Positions 48,782-60,999 of a stretch of 64,000 nucleotides of DNA are shown piece by piece (within the stretch, counting starts at the first letter, position 1; the number at the start of each line of letters is the position of its first letter). The DNA comes from Gemmatimonadota bacterium (GTDB lineage Bacteria; Gemmatimonadota; Gemmatimonadetes; Palauibacterales; Palauibacteraceae). The position numbers and the translations under genes are program-made. Location: positions 33,608-97,607 of the forward strand of contig JBHIAV010000006.1 of assembly GCA_046758745.1 (NCBI GenBank). The letters run 5' to 3'. The notes beneath the pieces were generated by a model. It was not told the DNA's origin and did no database searches. It saw only the letters and a list, made by a program, of their open reading frames with translations.

Positions 48782-48828
48782 CTCACGGCGACCCGGGCGC
48801 CTCACGGCGACCCGGGCGCCTCACGGCG
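48782..48828. repeat. 19-bp tandem repeat, about 2.5 copies
   Basis: CTCACGGCGACCCGGGCGC x2 plus CTCACGGCG. Confidence 0.9.
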
Positions 48829-48862
48829 GCCCCTGCGGCCGAAGCACCCGGCCGCTCCCTCC

Positions 48863-50149
48863 TCAGCCTACCCGTCGCGTCCGGCGGCGCAGGAAATCCA
48901 TCAGAATGTACTGCCCGAGGCTCATCGTCGAGGTGAAGTACGCCTTGCCGCGGCAGATCTCCGCCATCTTCCGGACGAAGGCGACCAGTGCGGCGTTCCG
49001 CGCCAGCATGAAGGTGTTGATCGCGATCCCCTCCCGGCGGCAGGCGGCGACCTCCGCGAAGGTGCGCTCGAGGATCCGCCGGTCCAGCCCCATCGAGTTC
49101 TTGTAGATCCGACCGCCCGGCAGCGAGATCGCGCTCGGCTTCCCGTCCGTGATCATGATGATCTGCCGCATCTCCTTCCGTTCCTGGCGGAGCAGCCGGC
49201 GGGCGAGCCGGAGGCCCTCGGCCGTGTTCGTATGGTAGGGTCCCACCTGAGCACGGACGAGCGTCCGGAGGGGGATCTCTTCCGCCGAATCGTGGAAGAG
49301 CACGCAGCGCAGGGTGTCGCCGGGGAACTGGGAGCGGAGGAGGTGCGCCAGCGCCAGCGCTACCTTCTTCGCCGGCGTGAAGCGGTCCTCCCCGTACAGC
49401 ACCATCGAATGGCTGCAGTCCAGCATGAGCACGGTGGCGCAGCTCGATCGGTAGGCCGCCTGATGAACCCTGAGGTCGCCGTACTCGATGTCGAGCGGAA
49501 GCCTTAGCCCGCCTCGGGTGATGGCCCGGAGGAGCGTTGCAGGAACGTCCAGGTTCAGCGTATCCCCGAACTCGTACGGCTTGGAGCTCGCCTCCGCTTC
49601 CACCCCGGTGGCCAGCTCGTTCGTCTCGTGCATGCCGGCGCTCGCCCGTCCGACCGATCCGAGGATCTCCCGCAGGGCCCGATAGCTCAGAAAGTCGAGG
49701 CCCTTCTGCGTGAGATCGAATTTGATGGAGCGCGTCGCCCCCTTGCCCACGCTCGCTGGCCCGGTGACTGGACGTGCCTCGTCCGGCACGCGCGGCGTCC
49801 CCTCCACCCTGATGTAGCCCTCCTTGACCAGACGCTCGACGATGTCGTCCAGCAGCCGGGCCAGGCTCGCCGACGTCGCTTCTGCAGCATTCCCCTCCCC
49901 TCGCAACGCCTCCAGCATCTCCGCCGTCAGCTCGCCGCCCTCGATGAGGGCTCCACGGATCGCGTCCCGCAGGGCGTCGAGCGAGTCCGCCTCGCTCGAA
50001 GGATCGAACTCATCGCGGAAGAGGTCCCCCCACGGGTCGCCGGCGAAACCGCTGTCGAGCAGGAACTGCGACAGACGGTCCAGAAGGGCCTGCACGTTCA
50101 GGGCGTCGAGCAGGCTGCCGCGGTACTGTTCGTAGCTTGTCAGTCGCAT
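48863..50149 (-). CDS. VWA domain-containing protein (partner of the chelatase-like AAA+ ATPase)
   Basis: MIDAS DCSHS, TNTAEGL, MITDGKP; YEFGD.LNLD; ATG 50149. Confidence 0.9.
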   Translation of the reverse strand: MRLTSYEQYRGSLLDALNVQALLDRLSQFLLDSGFAGDPWGDLFRDEFDPSSEADSLDALRDAIRGALIEGGELTAEMLEALRGEGNAAEATSASLARLLDDIVERLVKEGYIRVEGTPRVPDEARPVTGPASVGKGATRSIKFDLTQKGLDFLSYRALREILGSVGRASAGMHETNELATGVEAEASSKPYEFGDTLNLDVPATLLRAITRGGLRLPLDIEYGDLRVHQAAYRSSCATVLMLDCSHSMVLYGEDRFTPAKKVALALAHLLRSQFPGDTLRCVLFHDSAEEIPLRTLVRAQVGPYHTNTAEGLRLARRLLRQERKEMRQIIMITDGKPSAISLPGGRIYKNSMGLDRRILERTFAEVAACRREGIAINTFMLARNAALVAFVRKMAEICRGKAYFTSTMSLGQYILMDFLRRRTRRVG

Positions 50150-50320
50150 CGGTTCCTCGCCAAGTCTCCGCATCATACCGAACAGAGGCGACGCCGCGCC
50201 ACGCCGCGGCGCTTGCTGCGAGCTGCGCGGCGCGAGTATGCTCCCGCCGCATCTCCGTGACGGAACGCGCGACCCACCGGAGAGCGCGGGCGACGACGAA
50301 TCGACGGGCGCGAGGCGAGG

Positions 50321-51148
50321 GTGCGGTTTTTCAAGTATTCGGGGGCCGGGAACGACTTCGTGATCGTCGCGGCCGAGGAGATGGCGGGGCTCGCTCCGGA
50401 TCTCCTCGCGCAACGAATCTGCGCGCGGTCGACCGGCGTCGGCGCGGACGGGCTCGTCCTGGTGCGACGGCTCGGGCCCACCCGGGTGGAGGCGCGCTTT
50501 TTCAACCCCGACGGCTCGGAGTTCTCGACGTGCGGTAACGGCACCCGCTCTGCCGCCCGCTACGCCCTGGACCTGGGCCTGGTCGACAGCGAGCCGTTCA
50601 CCGCCGTCACCGCGGCTGCCGAGATCACGGCGGCCTCCATCCCCGGGGGGATCGCGCTGGAGTACCTCATCGAGGCACGCATCGCGGGCGAGCGGCGGGT
50701 GCCCTTCGACGGCGAGCCACGGACGGGCTGGCTCGTCCACATCGGACTCCCGCACTTCGTTCTCCCGCTCCAGGCGCTCCCGGAAGGATCCATCGAAGAT
50801 GCGTGCCGCCCGATCCGCCACCACCGCGCGTTCAGCCCCGAAGGAGCCAACGTGAACCTGGTGGCGCTCCACCAACGCCGGTCCGGGGAGATCCGCACCT
50901 TCGAGCGCGGAGTGGAGGGCGAGACGCCGGCGTGCGGGAGCGGTGCCATGGCGGCGGTCCTCGCCCTCCACGTGGCCGGGCGATGCGACCGCTCCGTGGC
51001 GCTTCGCACACGAAGCTCCGAGGTCCTCGAGGTGACGCTCGGCCAGGAAGCCGTCACTTGCGGCGAGAGCGGCCGAGTCCTCATCGGCCTCGCCGGTCCG
51101 GTCCGCCGACTCTTCGAGGGCTTCCTGCCCGCGGGCGGCGCGCACTGA
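50321..51148 (+). CDS. dapF: Diaminopimelate epimerase
   Basis: KYSGAGNDF, GVGADG, FNPDGS..CGNG, PH, RTFERGVEGET.ACGSG. Confidence 0.95.
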   Translation: MRFFKYSGAGNDFVIVAAEEMAGLAPDLLAQRICARSTGVGADGLVLVRRLGPTRVEARFFNPDGSEFSTCGNGTRSAARYALDLGLVDSEPFTAVTAAAEITAASIPGGIALEYLIEARIAGERRVPFDGEPRTGWLVHIGLPHFVLPLQALPEGSIEDACRPIRHHRAFSPEGANVNLVALHQRRSGEIRTFERGVEGETPACGSGAMAAVLALHVAGRCDRSVALRTRSSEVLEVTLGQEAVTCGESGRVLIGLAGPVRRLFEGFLPAGGAH

Positions 51149-52342
51149 AGCGCGAACCGATGGACGAAGGGGAGCGCGCGCGGACCAGCTGCCGTGCAGC
51201 GCGGACGACATCCGACGCGGGGCGCGGAGGAGCACCTGCGGACGAAGCGGCCACCTCGGTCCACGACGCGCGCCGGGCAGCCGGAATCGCCGGCGCTCTG
51301 CTCGCCTGGTTCGCCGGCCGCGCCCGCGACGTGCCGTGGCGCGGGGAGTCGGACCCGTACCACATCTGGGTGGCCGAAGTGATGGCCCAGCAGACCCGCG
51401 TGGCCGCCGTGAAGGAGTACTGGGAACCGTTCCTCCGGCGTTTCCCGAGCGTCGAATCCCTCGCCGAAGCGGATCTCGACGAGGTACTCAGGAGGTGGGC
51501 GGGGCTGGGGTACTATTCCCGCGCCCGCCACCTGCACCGGGCGGCCCGCGAGGTGGTGGCCAGCTACGGCGGGAAGGTGCCCGACGACCCCGCGAAGCTG
51601 CGGAAGCTACCCGGGGTCGGCCCCTACACGGCCGGCGCCATCGCCAGCCTGGCGTACGGGAGGCCGGAGCCGGCGGTGGACGGCAACGCACGCCGCGTGC
51701 TCGCGCGGCTCGAGGATCTCGAGACGACCACCCGGCCCGTCCTGGAGGCCGGCGCTCGCCGTCTCCTCGCGGCGCGTCCGGACGCTGCCGCCCCCCTCAA
51801 CCAGGCACTGATGGATCTCGGCGGCTCGCTGTGCACGCCGCGCTCTCCGGACTGTCGGGCCTGTCCCGTGCGGCGCTGGTGCCTGGCGCTCATGCGGGGC
51901 ACGATCGCCGCCCGCCCCACCCGCCCGGCGAGACGCGCCCTTCCTCACCACCACATCGCGGTCGGCCTCGTGTGGCGGCAGAAGCGCCTCCTCATCGCGC
52001 GCCGCCCCGAGGAGGGACTGCTCGGCGGTCTGTGGGAGTTCCCGGGGGGGAAGGTGGAGGCCGGCGAGACTCCGGCCGAGGCGGCGCGGCGGGAGATAAG
52101 GGAGGAGCTCGGAATCGAGGTCCAGATGGGGAGACGCGCCGCCCGCGTCCCGCACGCGTACAGCCACTTCCGGATCACCTTGCACGCCTTCCACGCCCGC
52201 TGGCTCGCCGGGGAGCCGGTTCCGCGATCGGCGAGCGCGCTCGCGTGGGTGGAGCCGGAGCGGCTCGCCGACTACGCCTTCCCGGCCGCCAACGCCCGCA
52301 TCATCGAAGCTCTCCGAGAGCAGAGGTCCCGCGCGGCCGCCC

Positions 52343-53773
<1,431 letters not shown>

Positions 53774-53938
53774 CTGACCTCCGGTGGTCGATTGCGCGCC
53801 CTGCGGCGCAGTCTTACGGCGCGCGCGCCTGCCCGTTCCCTGGCTCGTCGCTGCGCCCGGCTCCTGGAACGGCACCGCGACGGCCCTCCGCTCACATCCC
53901 GAGCGGCCGAGCCGGTCATGCCCAGGCGGCCGAGCCGG

Positions 53939-55192
53939 TCACATCCCACTCCTCCCAATCCCAAGCGGTGCCGCCACGACCGCCGGATCGGAGCGCATCG
54001 CCCAAGCCCGCACAGCCGCCGCGAGGAGCGGGACGGCGGCGGCGGCGAACGCCCAAGCGAAGCCGAGCCCGCCGAACACCCAGCCGCCGGCCAGCGGGCC
54101 GATCAGCCTCGCCAGGCTGCTCATGGACTGGCTCACGCCCAGGACGACGCCCTGCTCGGCGGCCTCCGCCCGGCGGGAGACGAGACTCTGGAGCGAGGGT
54201 GCCATGAACCCCCATCCGGCGCCGATCACCGGGACGAGGAGGATGGCGGCGAGGAGGCCATCGAGCCAGCCAAGCGCGATCAGGCCCGCGCCGAGAAGCC
54301 CTGCCCCCCACGCTCCGACGGCGGCCTCCCCCCGCCTCTCGACCAGCGGGCCGACGAGGCCGCCCTGCACGACCGCGGAGCAGAGACCGGCCAGCGCAAA
54401 GAAGCCACCGGCGTGGGCGGCGGTGAGCCCGAGCGGGGCCTCCAGGAAGAGGGGAAAGGTGGTGGTGTAGGCCGCGAAGCCAACGGTGCCCAGGAAGAGA
54501 GCGCTGATCGGCCCCCGGAGGCGCGGATGCGAAAGCGTCCGCGCGAGACTGCCGAAGTGGGCCCGCAGAGCCGCCATCCCACCCAGTCCCCCAGCCCTTG
54601 TACGGCGCCCGGCGGGCAGCGGCTCGGGGAGAAAGAGCCAGGCGGCCACGGCGTTCAGCAGGCTGAGCGCCGCCGCGACGTAGCCCGGGACCCCGTAGCC
54701 CCAGCGGCTGAGCAGGCCTCCGATCGCGGGTCCGAGGATAAAGCCGAGCCCGTAGGCCACCCCGATCAACCCCATGCCCCGCGCCCGGCGCTCGGCCGTC
54801 GTCGCATCGGCGATGAAAGCCTGCGCTACAGGCACGGTCGCGCCCATGACCCCGCCCACCACCCGCGAGAGGAGGAGCACCGGAAGGCTTCCCGCGAGAG
54901 CGAAGATCAGGTACGAAGCGGCCGACCCGAGGAGCCCGATGACCAGCGGTGGCCGCCGTCCTATCCGATCGGAAAGGCTTCCCCACACGGGGGAGAACAG
55001 GAACTTCATCGCGGAGAAGCTGCCGATGATCAACCCCACCTCGAGCGGACTCGCCCCGAGAGCGGTCGCGTAGAAGGGGAGGAGGGGGAGAACGATCCCG
55101 AACCCGATCAGGTCGATGAAGACCGTGAGGAAGACGATGGTCAGCGGACCACGCCCCGCCACCACCCTCTCGCGGCTCTCAGCGAGGCTCAT
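53939..55192 (-). CDS. MFS transporter (TetA/DHA1-like)
   Basis: FIDLIGFGIVLP, GSLSDRIGRRP motif A, GFILGPAIGG motif C. Confidence 0.92.
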   Translation of the reverse strand: MSLAESRERVVAGRGPLTIVFLTVFIDLIGFGIVLPLLPFYATALGASPLEVGLIIGSFSAMKFLFSPVWGSLSDRIGRRPPLVIGLLGSAASYLIFALAGSLPVLLLSRVVGGVMGATVPVAQAFIADATTAERRARGMGLIGVAYGLGFILGPAIGGLLSRWGYGVPGYVAAALSLLNAVAAWLFLPEPLPAGRRTRAGGLGGMAALRAHFGSLARTLSHPRLRGPISALFLGTVGFAAYTTTFPLFLEAPLGLTAAHAGGFFALAGLCSAVVQGGLVGPLVERRGEAAVGAWGAGLLGAGLIALGWLDGLLAAILLVPVIGAGWGFMAPSLQSLVSRRAEAAEQGVVLGVSQSMSSLARLIGPLAGGWVFGGLGFAWAFAAAAVPLLAAAVRAWAMRSDPAVVAAPLGIGRSGM

Positions 55193-56036
55193 GCCCCTCC
55201 AGCCTCGGGAGTTTCATTCCCTTCGCCGCCAGGTGGGCGAGGTGGGCGCGAATCGAAGCCTCGGCCGCCGTCTGGAGGGCCGGCTCGAGCTCCCCGTATA
55301 GGCGCCGCCGGATCTCAGCCACGCTGCGGGCGCCGCGACGCACCGACTCCGCGATCTGCCGTTCCCGCTCCAGCCGATGCGTGCGATACTCGTTGAGCAG
55401 CCGCATCGGATTCTCCACCGGCTCGCCGTGGCCCGGCAGGATGCGTCGCGGGCGGAGAGAGAGAAGGCGGGTGAGGCTGGCCAGGTAGGCGCCCATCTCT
55501 CCATCGGGGTGGAGGATCACCGTGGTGCCGCTGCCGAGCACCAGATCCCCCGTGAAGAGGAGGCGATCCGCCGAGCGCCAGAAGCACAGGTGGTCGTGCG
55601 AATGTCCGGGCGTGGCGAGGGCCGTGAGCGCCCGGCGCTCCCCGTCCACCTCGATCGGGTCGCCGTCGTCCAGCGCTTCCCCATCGATACCGAGGCGGTG
55701 GAGCGTCTCCGACGAGGCGTGTACGCGTACGCCGAACGCCCTCGCGGCCCGCTCCGCCGCGGCCGCGTGGTCCGGGTGGGCATGGCTCAGGCAGATGCTC
55801 TCCACGCGCCGCCCCGCAGCCAGCCGCTGGAGCCGCTCGAGCTGGCCCGCCAGATCGGGTCCGGGGTCTATGAGTGCGCAGCGCTCCCCGCCCACCAGGT
55901 AGCTGCGGGTCCCATCCAGGGTCAGCGGGCCCGCGTTGTCGGCGGTGCAGACGCGCACGCGGCCGCCCAGCTCACGCGGCGCCCCCGACGATCCGACACG
56001 CGACCCGCGACCCGAGCTCACTTCGGCCTCCGTCAC
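55179..56036 (-). CDS. MBL-fold metallo-hydrolase (LACTB2-like)
   Basis: N.GP.TL.GT, SHAHPDH, TPGHSHDH, FTGD, PGHG, HRLERE. Confidence 0.9.
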   Translation of the reverse strand: MTEAEVSSGRGSRVGSSGAPRELGGRVRVCTADNAGPLTLDGTRSYLVGGERCALIDPGPDLAGQLERLQRLAAGRRVESICLSHAHPDHAAAAERAARAFGVRVHASSETLHRLGIDGEALDDGDPIEVDGERRALTALATPGHSHDHLCFWRSADRLLFTGDLVLGSGTTVILHPDGEMGAYLASLTRLLSLRPRRILPGHGEPVENPMRLLNEYRTHRLERERQIAESVRRGARSVAEIRRRLYGELEPALQTAAEASIRAHLAHLAAKGMKLPRLEGHEPR

Positions 56037-56063
56037 CGCGGCTGGCGGTGAGAAGCCACGCGT

Positions 56064-56954
56064 CTACTCCGCCTCCTCGTAGGCGGGATCGCCCGGCAGA
56101 ACGGGGCGAACCGAGCTCCCGACGACGAGGAGGCGCGGCAGGATCGGCTCCACGACGCGATCGCGCCAACCGTCCTGTATGGACGCGACGCTCGAATGGC
56201 GGGAGAGCATCTCCAGTGTGTAGCGCGTGGGAATGAGCATCGGCAGACGCCCGTCTCGGCTGCGGGCGACGGCGTCGGCCGGCGCGAGCCACACATGGCT
56301 CTCCAGCTCGTCCGTGAGCTCCGGCTCGCCTCCGCCCGGCCACTCCGCGAGGAAGAAGCGGGTATCGTAGCGACGAGAGAGGCGCTTCGGGGTGATCCAG
56401 CGGGAGAGGTAGACGGCCCGGAGCCGCCCGAAGCTCACTTCCGCATGGCGCACGACGTCGAGGAAGCCGCGCCGGCCCTCGAGCAGGTCCCGCCTCGCCT
56501 CTCGCAGCTGCGCGGGCGGGAGCGCATCGTCCGCCAGCAGGAAGCCCGTCTCCTCGAAGAGCTCGCGCAGCCCGGCGATGAGCGCGGGCGCCTCCCGGCG
56601 CAGGCCGGCGGGCACCCGGCGTACCAGCTCCGGGGCTCCGTCCCCGGGGTCGATCGTTCCGCCAGGAAAGACGTACGCCCCTGCCGCGAAACGCGCCCCC
56701 GATGGCCGGCGCAGGAGGAGCACCTCGAAGCCCGAGCCCGCACGCTCCGTGCCCCTCTCGCCGTTCTTGCCCTGGGTGGGCGATGTCGCGACGGTCGGCC
56801 GCGCCACCACGACGGTTGCGGCGGGGCGAGGGCGAACCGGGACCTCGCCGGGTGGGACCTGCCCGCGCATGAACTCCTCTCGCTCCAGCCGATCCAAATC
56901 GAAGGAGATGCCCGGCGGCTCAACCGGTTCGCCCGCTCGCCCCCCGCCCGCCAT
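56064..56954 (-). CDS. NUDIX hydrolase (NUDT19-like)
   Basis: PRPAATVV, YVFPGG.ID, RELFEETG, WITP...RRYDTRFF. Confidence 0.9.
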   Translation of the reverse strand: MAGGGRAGEPVEPPGISFDLDRLEREEFMRGQVPPGEVPVRPRPAATVVVARPTVATSPTQGKNGERGTERAGSGFEVLLLRRPSGARFAAGAYVFPGGTIDPGDGAPELVRRVPAGLRREAPALIAGLRELFEETGFLLADDALPPAQLREARRDLLEGRRGFLDVVRHAEVSFGRLRAVYLSRWITPKRLSRRYDTRFFLAEWPGGGEPELTDELESHVWLAPADAVARSRDGRLPMLIPTRYTLEMLSRHSSVASIQDGWRDRVVEPILPRLLVVGSSVRPVLPGDPAYEEAE

Positions 56955-56962
56955 GGCGATCT

Positions 56963-57706
56963 CTACGGGAACGGGAGCCGTCCGCCGGGCAGCTGGTCCA
57001 GCCGGCTCATCAGCACGAGGGCCAGGACGAAGAGCGCAGCGGCGAACGCGGCGAGCAGCGCCAGGGGCAGCAGGACGATCGCCACCGCCCTCCCGGTGGT
57101 GGTGCGGTGAGCCTCGCGGATGCCGAAGACGAGCAGGACCACGGCCCACGCCCCTCCGGCGAGCGCGCCGGCCCACGGCACGATGGTGAGGAGCCAGGGA
57201 CCGGCCGAATAGCAAAAGGCACGCGCCGTCGCGCCGAGGGGGCGTCGCTGCGGCGAGAGCATGAGGGCCAGCAGGTGGAGCACCAGGCTCGACACGGCCA
57301 AGGCGAGCAGCGCGATGAAGGGCGAGAGGGTGAAGTTGAGGAAGATGAACGCCTCCCGGCGGATCTGCAGCGCTTCGAAGTCCTCGAGGCCCGTCGGTTC
57401 GACGCCGGCGGCCGTCCACACGAGGGTGAAGAACGCGGACGCGATCGCCAGGATTAGATAGTACAGGATTGGCCGTGCGAGCGGGGCCTCCCATGGCGCC
57501 CTGGCGAAGAAGCGACCCGGGGCGAAAAGGCTTTCCCTCAGGGTGTCCAGGAAATTGGTCGGGAAGCGCCGCTCGGGATCCTCCCAGGCGATGACGTCTC
57601 CCGCCCGACCGGCCACACGCGTGTCGCCCTGGATGGCCGCGCGGCAAAGCGGACAGGCCACCGCCCCGGCCGCGACTCCGAACCCGCAGTGCGGGCAACT
57701 CGCCAT
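56963..57706 (-). CDS. YIP1 family membrane protein with N-terminal zinc ribbon
   Basis: CPHCG...CPLC; WED...TLRESLFAPGRFF; about 5 TM helices. Confidence 0.8.
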   Translation of the reverse strand: MASCPHCGFGVAAGAVACPLCRAAIQGDTRVAGRAGDVIAWEDPERRFPTNFLDTLRESLFAPGRFFARAPWEAPLARPILYYLILAIASAFFTLVWTAAGVEPTGLEDFEALQIRREAFIFLNFTLSPFIALLALAVSSLVLHLLALMLSPQRRPLGATARAFCYSAGPWLLTIVPWAGALAGGAWAVVLLVFGIREAHRTTTGRAVAIVLLPLALLAAFAAALFVLALVLMSRLDQLPGGRLPFP

Positions 57707-57725
57707 CTTCGTCTCCCTGGGCCCG

Positions 57726-59864
57726 TCAGGCCGCAACGCGGATCCGCGCGTCCACCGCGAGGCACCGCGCCGCCTCGGGGAAGGCAAGGAACGGGTTGAT
57801 GTCCAGCTCTCGGATCTGCGGATGCCGGCCCACCAGCTGGCTCACCCGTTGGATCACCTCGGCGAGGAACTCCAGGTCCACGCCCGCTTCGCCCCGAACG
57901 CCGACCAGGAGCGGATAGCCCCTCAGCGAGCGGACCATTTCACCGGCATCGACGTCGCTTACCGGCTGCACGCGAAACGTCACATCGCGCAGCACCTCCA
58001 CGTATATCCCTCCGAGCCCGAACATGACCAGGGGTCCGAAGTTCGCTTCCAGGACCATTCCCACTATGGTTTCCCTGCCCCCCCGGATCATGCGCTGCAC
58101 GAGCACGCCGCCGAAGCCCTCTCGTCGTCGGCTGCTCGGCACCGGGCGCCCTCCCTCCGGCGATGCCACGGGCTTGCCGGAGACCGCGCTCCGGATCTCC
58201 CGGAAGGCCTCGCGCACCTCGTCGTCCGTCCGGAGGCCGAGCTTCACCGCCCCCGACTCCGTCTTGTGCAGGATCGCGGGAGCGGCTGCCTTGAGCGCCA
58301 CCGGGTAGCCGACGGCCGCCGCCATCGCCACCGCCCCCTCCGCATCTTCGGCGTGCCGGCTCTCCACGGCCGGGATCCCGTAGCAGCGCAGGACCTCGAA
58401 CGTCTCCACCAGGGCGAGATATTCCCGCCCGTCCGCCAGCGCGGTGGTCAGGATCGCGTCCACCCGGCCCGCATCCACCTCGAACTCCCGTACGATGCCG
58501 GCCGGTCTCTCAAGCCACCGCCGGTAGCGGTACATCGAGCCGAGCGCCCGCGCGGCCGACTCGGGAAAGATGTAACCCGGAATGCGGGCCTCGCGTAGCT
58601 CCGCCATCCCCTGGGGCAGTCCCTTCCGTCCCATCAGCACCGCCAGCACGGGCTTGTCCGAGTCCTTCGCCACCCCGCGGATCTCCCGTGCCACCTCCGG
58701 TGCGCGGAAGCCGACCGGCACGTACGCCGCGACGACGGCGTCCACCTCCGGGTCGGCGAGCACGATCTCCAGGGCCCGCCGGAAATCCGAAGGCGTCGCG
58801 CTGGCGATCATGTCGACGGGATTCGAGACGCTCGCCTCGGCCGGAAGCCCCTCCCGCAGCCGCGCCTGGGCTTCGGCGGAGAGCGGCGCGACGTCCAGCC
58901 CGACGCCCTCGCATGCATCGGCGATGATGATGCCCGGCCCACCCGCGTTGGTGAGGATCGCCACGCGCGGGCCGGCCGGCAGCGGTGCGTTGCCGAACGC
59001 TATCGCCGCCTCGAACAGCCCCTCGACCGTGTCCACCCGCTGCACGCCGCACTGGGCAAAGAGCGCGTCGGTGGCGATGTCCACGGCGGCCAAAGCGCCG
59101 GTGTGGCTGGACGCCGCCCGGGCGCCCGCCCCGCTTCGGCCCGCCTTCACCACGATGACCGGCTTCCGACGAGTGGTCCTCCGCGCCAGGCGGGTGAAGC
59201 GCCGGGGGTTCCCGAACGCCTCGAGGTACATGAGAATCACACGCACGTCTCCATCCTCGCCCCAGTAAGCGAGGAGGTCGTTGCCCGAAACGTCGGCCTT
59301 GTTGCCGATCGATACAAACTGGCTGATCCCGATCCCGTACTCGGCCGCGTAGTCCAGGATCGTCACTCCCATCGCGCCCGACTGGCTCATGAAGGCGATG
59401 CCCCCGCGGGGCGGCATGGTCGGGGCGAACGTCGCGTTCATGGAGACCGATGGCGCGGTGTTGATAACACCCATGCAGTTCGGCCCAACCAAACGCATCC
59501 CCTCCCGCCGCACGAGATCGAGCAGCTCCGCCTCCCGCCTCGCGCCATCCGGCCCCGTCTCCCTGAAACCGGCGCTGATCACCACGAGGGCACGCACCCC
59601 CGCGGCAGCGCAGTCGCGAGCTACGTCCAGCACTCTCTCCTTGGGGACGACGATGACCGCCAGTTCCGGCGCCTCGGGGAGGGAGCGGACGGAGGGATAG
59701 GCGGGCACGGAGTGCACCGAGTCCGCGTTCGGGTTTACCGGGTACACGGGGCCCGTGAAGCGGTGGCAAAGGAGGTTGTCGAGGACATCGTAGCCGATGC
59801 TGCCGGGCGAGCGACTCGCCCCGATGACCGCGATGGAGCGTGGCCTCAGAAGGCTGTCCAGCAT
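57726..59864 (-). CDS. Acetate/acyl-CoA ligase (ADP-forming), fused alpha-beta
   Basis: RSIAVIGAS, GPNCMG, SQSG, SHTG, TNAGG, HKTESG, FGLGG, LDINP. Confidence 0.93.
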   Translation of the reverse strand: MLDSLLRPRSIAVIGASRSPGSIGYDVLDNLLCHRFTGPVYPVNPNADSVHSVPAYPSVRSLPEAPELAVIVVPKERVLDVARDCAAAGVRALVVISAGFRETGPDGARREAELLDLVRREGMRLVGPNCMGVINTAPSVSMNATFAPTMPPRGGIAFMSQSGAMGVTILDYAAEYGIGISQFVSIGNKADVSGNDLLAYWGEDGDVRVILMYLEAFGNPRRFTRLARRTTRRKPVIVVKAGRSGAGARAASSHTGALAAVDIATDALFAQCGVQRVDTVEGLFEAAIAFGNAPLPAGPRVAILTNAGGPGIIIADACEGVGLDVAPLSAEAQARLREGLPAEASVSNPVDMIASATPSDFRRALEIVLADPEVDAVVAAYVPVGFRAPEVAREIRGVAKDSDKPVLAVLMGRKGLPQGMAELREARIPGYIFPESAARALGSMYRYRRWLERPAGIVREFEVDAGRVDAILTTALADGREYLALVETFEVLRCYGIPAVESRHAEDAEGAVAMAAAVGYPVALKAAAPAILHKTESGAVKLGLRTDDEVREAFREIRSAVSGKPVASPEGGRPVPSSRRREGFGGVLVQRMIRGGRETIVGMVLEANFGPLVMFGLGGIYVEVLRDVTFRVQPVSDVDAGEMVRSLRGYPLLVGVRGEAGVDLEFLAEVIQRVSQLVGRHPQIRELDINPFLAFPEAARCLAVDARIRVAA

Positions 59865-59891
59865 CGGACGGCGGAAAGACCGCAGCCTCGT

Positions 59892-60995
59892 TCAGTCCAG
59901 CAGCCTGAGCGGCATCACCAGGCAGAGGTAGTCGAGCTCACCCCCGACCGGCTCGAAGGTGGCGGCTCGCTCGGGCGCCTTGAAGGAGATACGTACATCA
60001 TCCTCGGGCATGTAGCGCAGTACCTCGAGGAGGTAGTTGGCGTTGAAACCGATCTCGAGCGGGGCCGCGTCGTACTCCACCGCCATTTCCTCGTCCGCTT
60101 CGCCGAGATCCGGGGTCTGCACCCGAAAGGAAAGCTTTCCATCGGCGAACGCCATCCGCACCCGGTGCGTCTGGTCGCTTGCCACCACGGCCATCCGGCG
60201 GATGGCCGCCGTCAGTGCCTCCCGGCTCGCCGTGGCCTGCTTGTCGTTGTCCTTCGGGATGACCTGCTCGTAGTTCGGGTACGGACCTTCGATAAGGCGA
60301 GTGTACACGACCCTGTTGCTCGAGCGGAATGCCAAGTGGTTCTTGGAGCGGCCTACCTCCACCTCATCCCCAGGATCGAACAGCCGCTCCACCTGCTGAA
60401 GAGCTTTCGGGGGGATGATAAGATCCGCCTCAGGTGCGTTGAGCCCCTCGAGTCTCACCGTCATTCTGGCCAGGCGGTGTCCGTTCGTCGCCACCATCGA
60501 CGCCTCATCTCTACGCACCTGCCACAGGACTCCGTTCAGGATCGGTCGGCTCTCCTCTGTCGATGCCGCGAAGACGGTGCGGGCGATCAGACCCTGGAGC
60601 TTGCCGGCCGGCACCCGCCAGCTCTTCTTGAAATCCACCTCGGGAAAGGAAGGAAACTCATCCTCCGGGAGGCCGAACAGCTTGAATCGGCTCTTGCCGC
60701 ACTCGATCCGGATCTCCACTCCCTCGGCCGTCACGTGAACCGGAGCATCTTCCAGTTCTCGGGAGATCTCGGCGAACTTCCGCGCCGGAACGGTCACCGC
60801 TCCCTCCGCTTCCACCTCCGCATCCACCGACACCGACACCGAGATATCGAGATCCGTGCCGCTCAGCTCCAGCTTCCCGTCGTGCGCTCGCAGGAGAATG
60901 TTCGACAGCACGGGAAGCGTAGTCTTCGAGGGGATCGTCGCGGCGACAGCTCCCAGGCCGCCGTGCAGGCTTTCCCGTGTGATCGATAGCTTCAT
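59892..60995 (-). CDS. dnaN: DNA polymerase III beta clamp
   Basis: TLPVLSNILL, TDLD, RPILNG, ATNGHRLA, LIEGPYPNY, VMPLRL. Confidence 0.97.
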   Translation of the reverse strand: MKLSITRESLHGGLGAVAATIPSKTTLPVLSNILLRAHDGKLELSGTDLDISVSVSVDAEVEAEGAVTVPARKFAEISRELEDAPVHVTAEGVEIRIECGKSRFKLFGLPEDEFPSFPEVDFKKSWRVPAGKLQGLIARTVFAASTEESRPILNGVLWQVRRDEASMVATNGHRLARMTVRLEGLNAPEADLIIPPKALQQVERLFDPGDEVEVGRSKNHLAFRSSNRVVYTRLIEGPYPNYEQVIPKDNDKQATASREALTAAIRRMAVVASDQTHRVRMAFADGKLSFRVQTPDLGEADEEMAVEYDAAPLEIGFNANYLLEVLRYMPEDDVRISFKAPERAATFEPVGGELDYLCLVMPLRLLD

Positions 60996-60999
60996 CCGA

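Noticed and set aside
48782-48828. CRISPR array
   Set aside because: Contiguous tandem repeat without spacers, and no cas genes
50150-51235. N-terminal extension of the 790-aa ORF 48863..51235
   Set aside because: Antisense to dapF; the VWA protein starts at 50149
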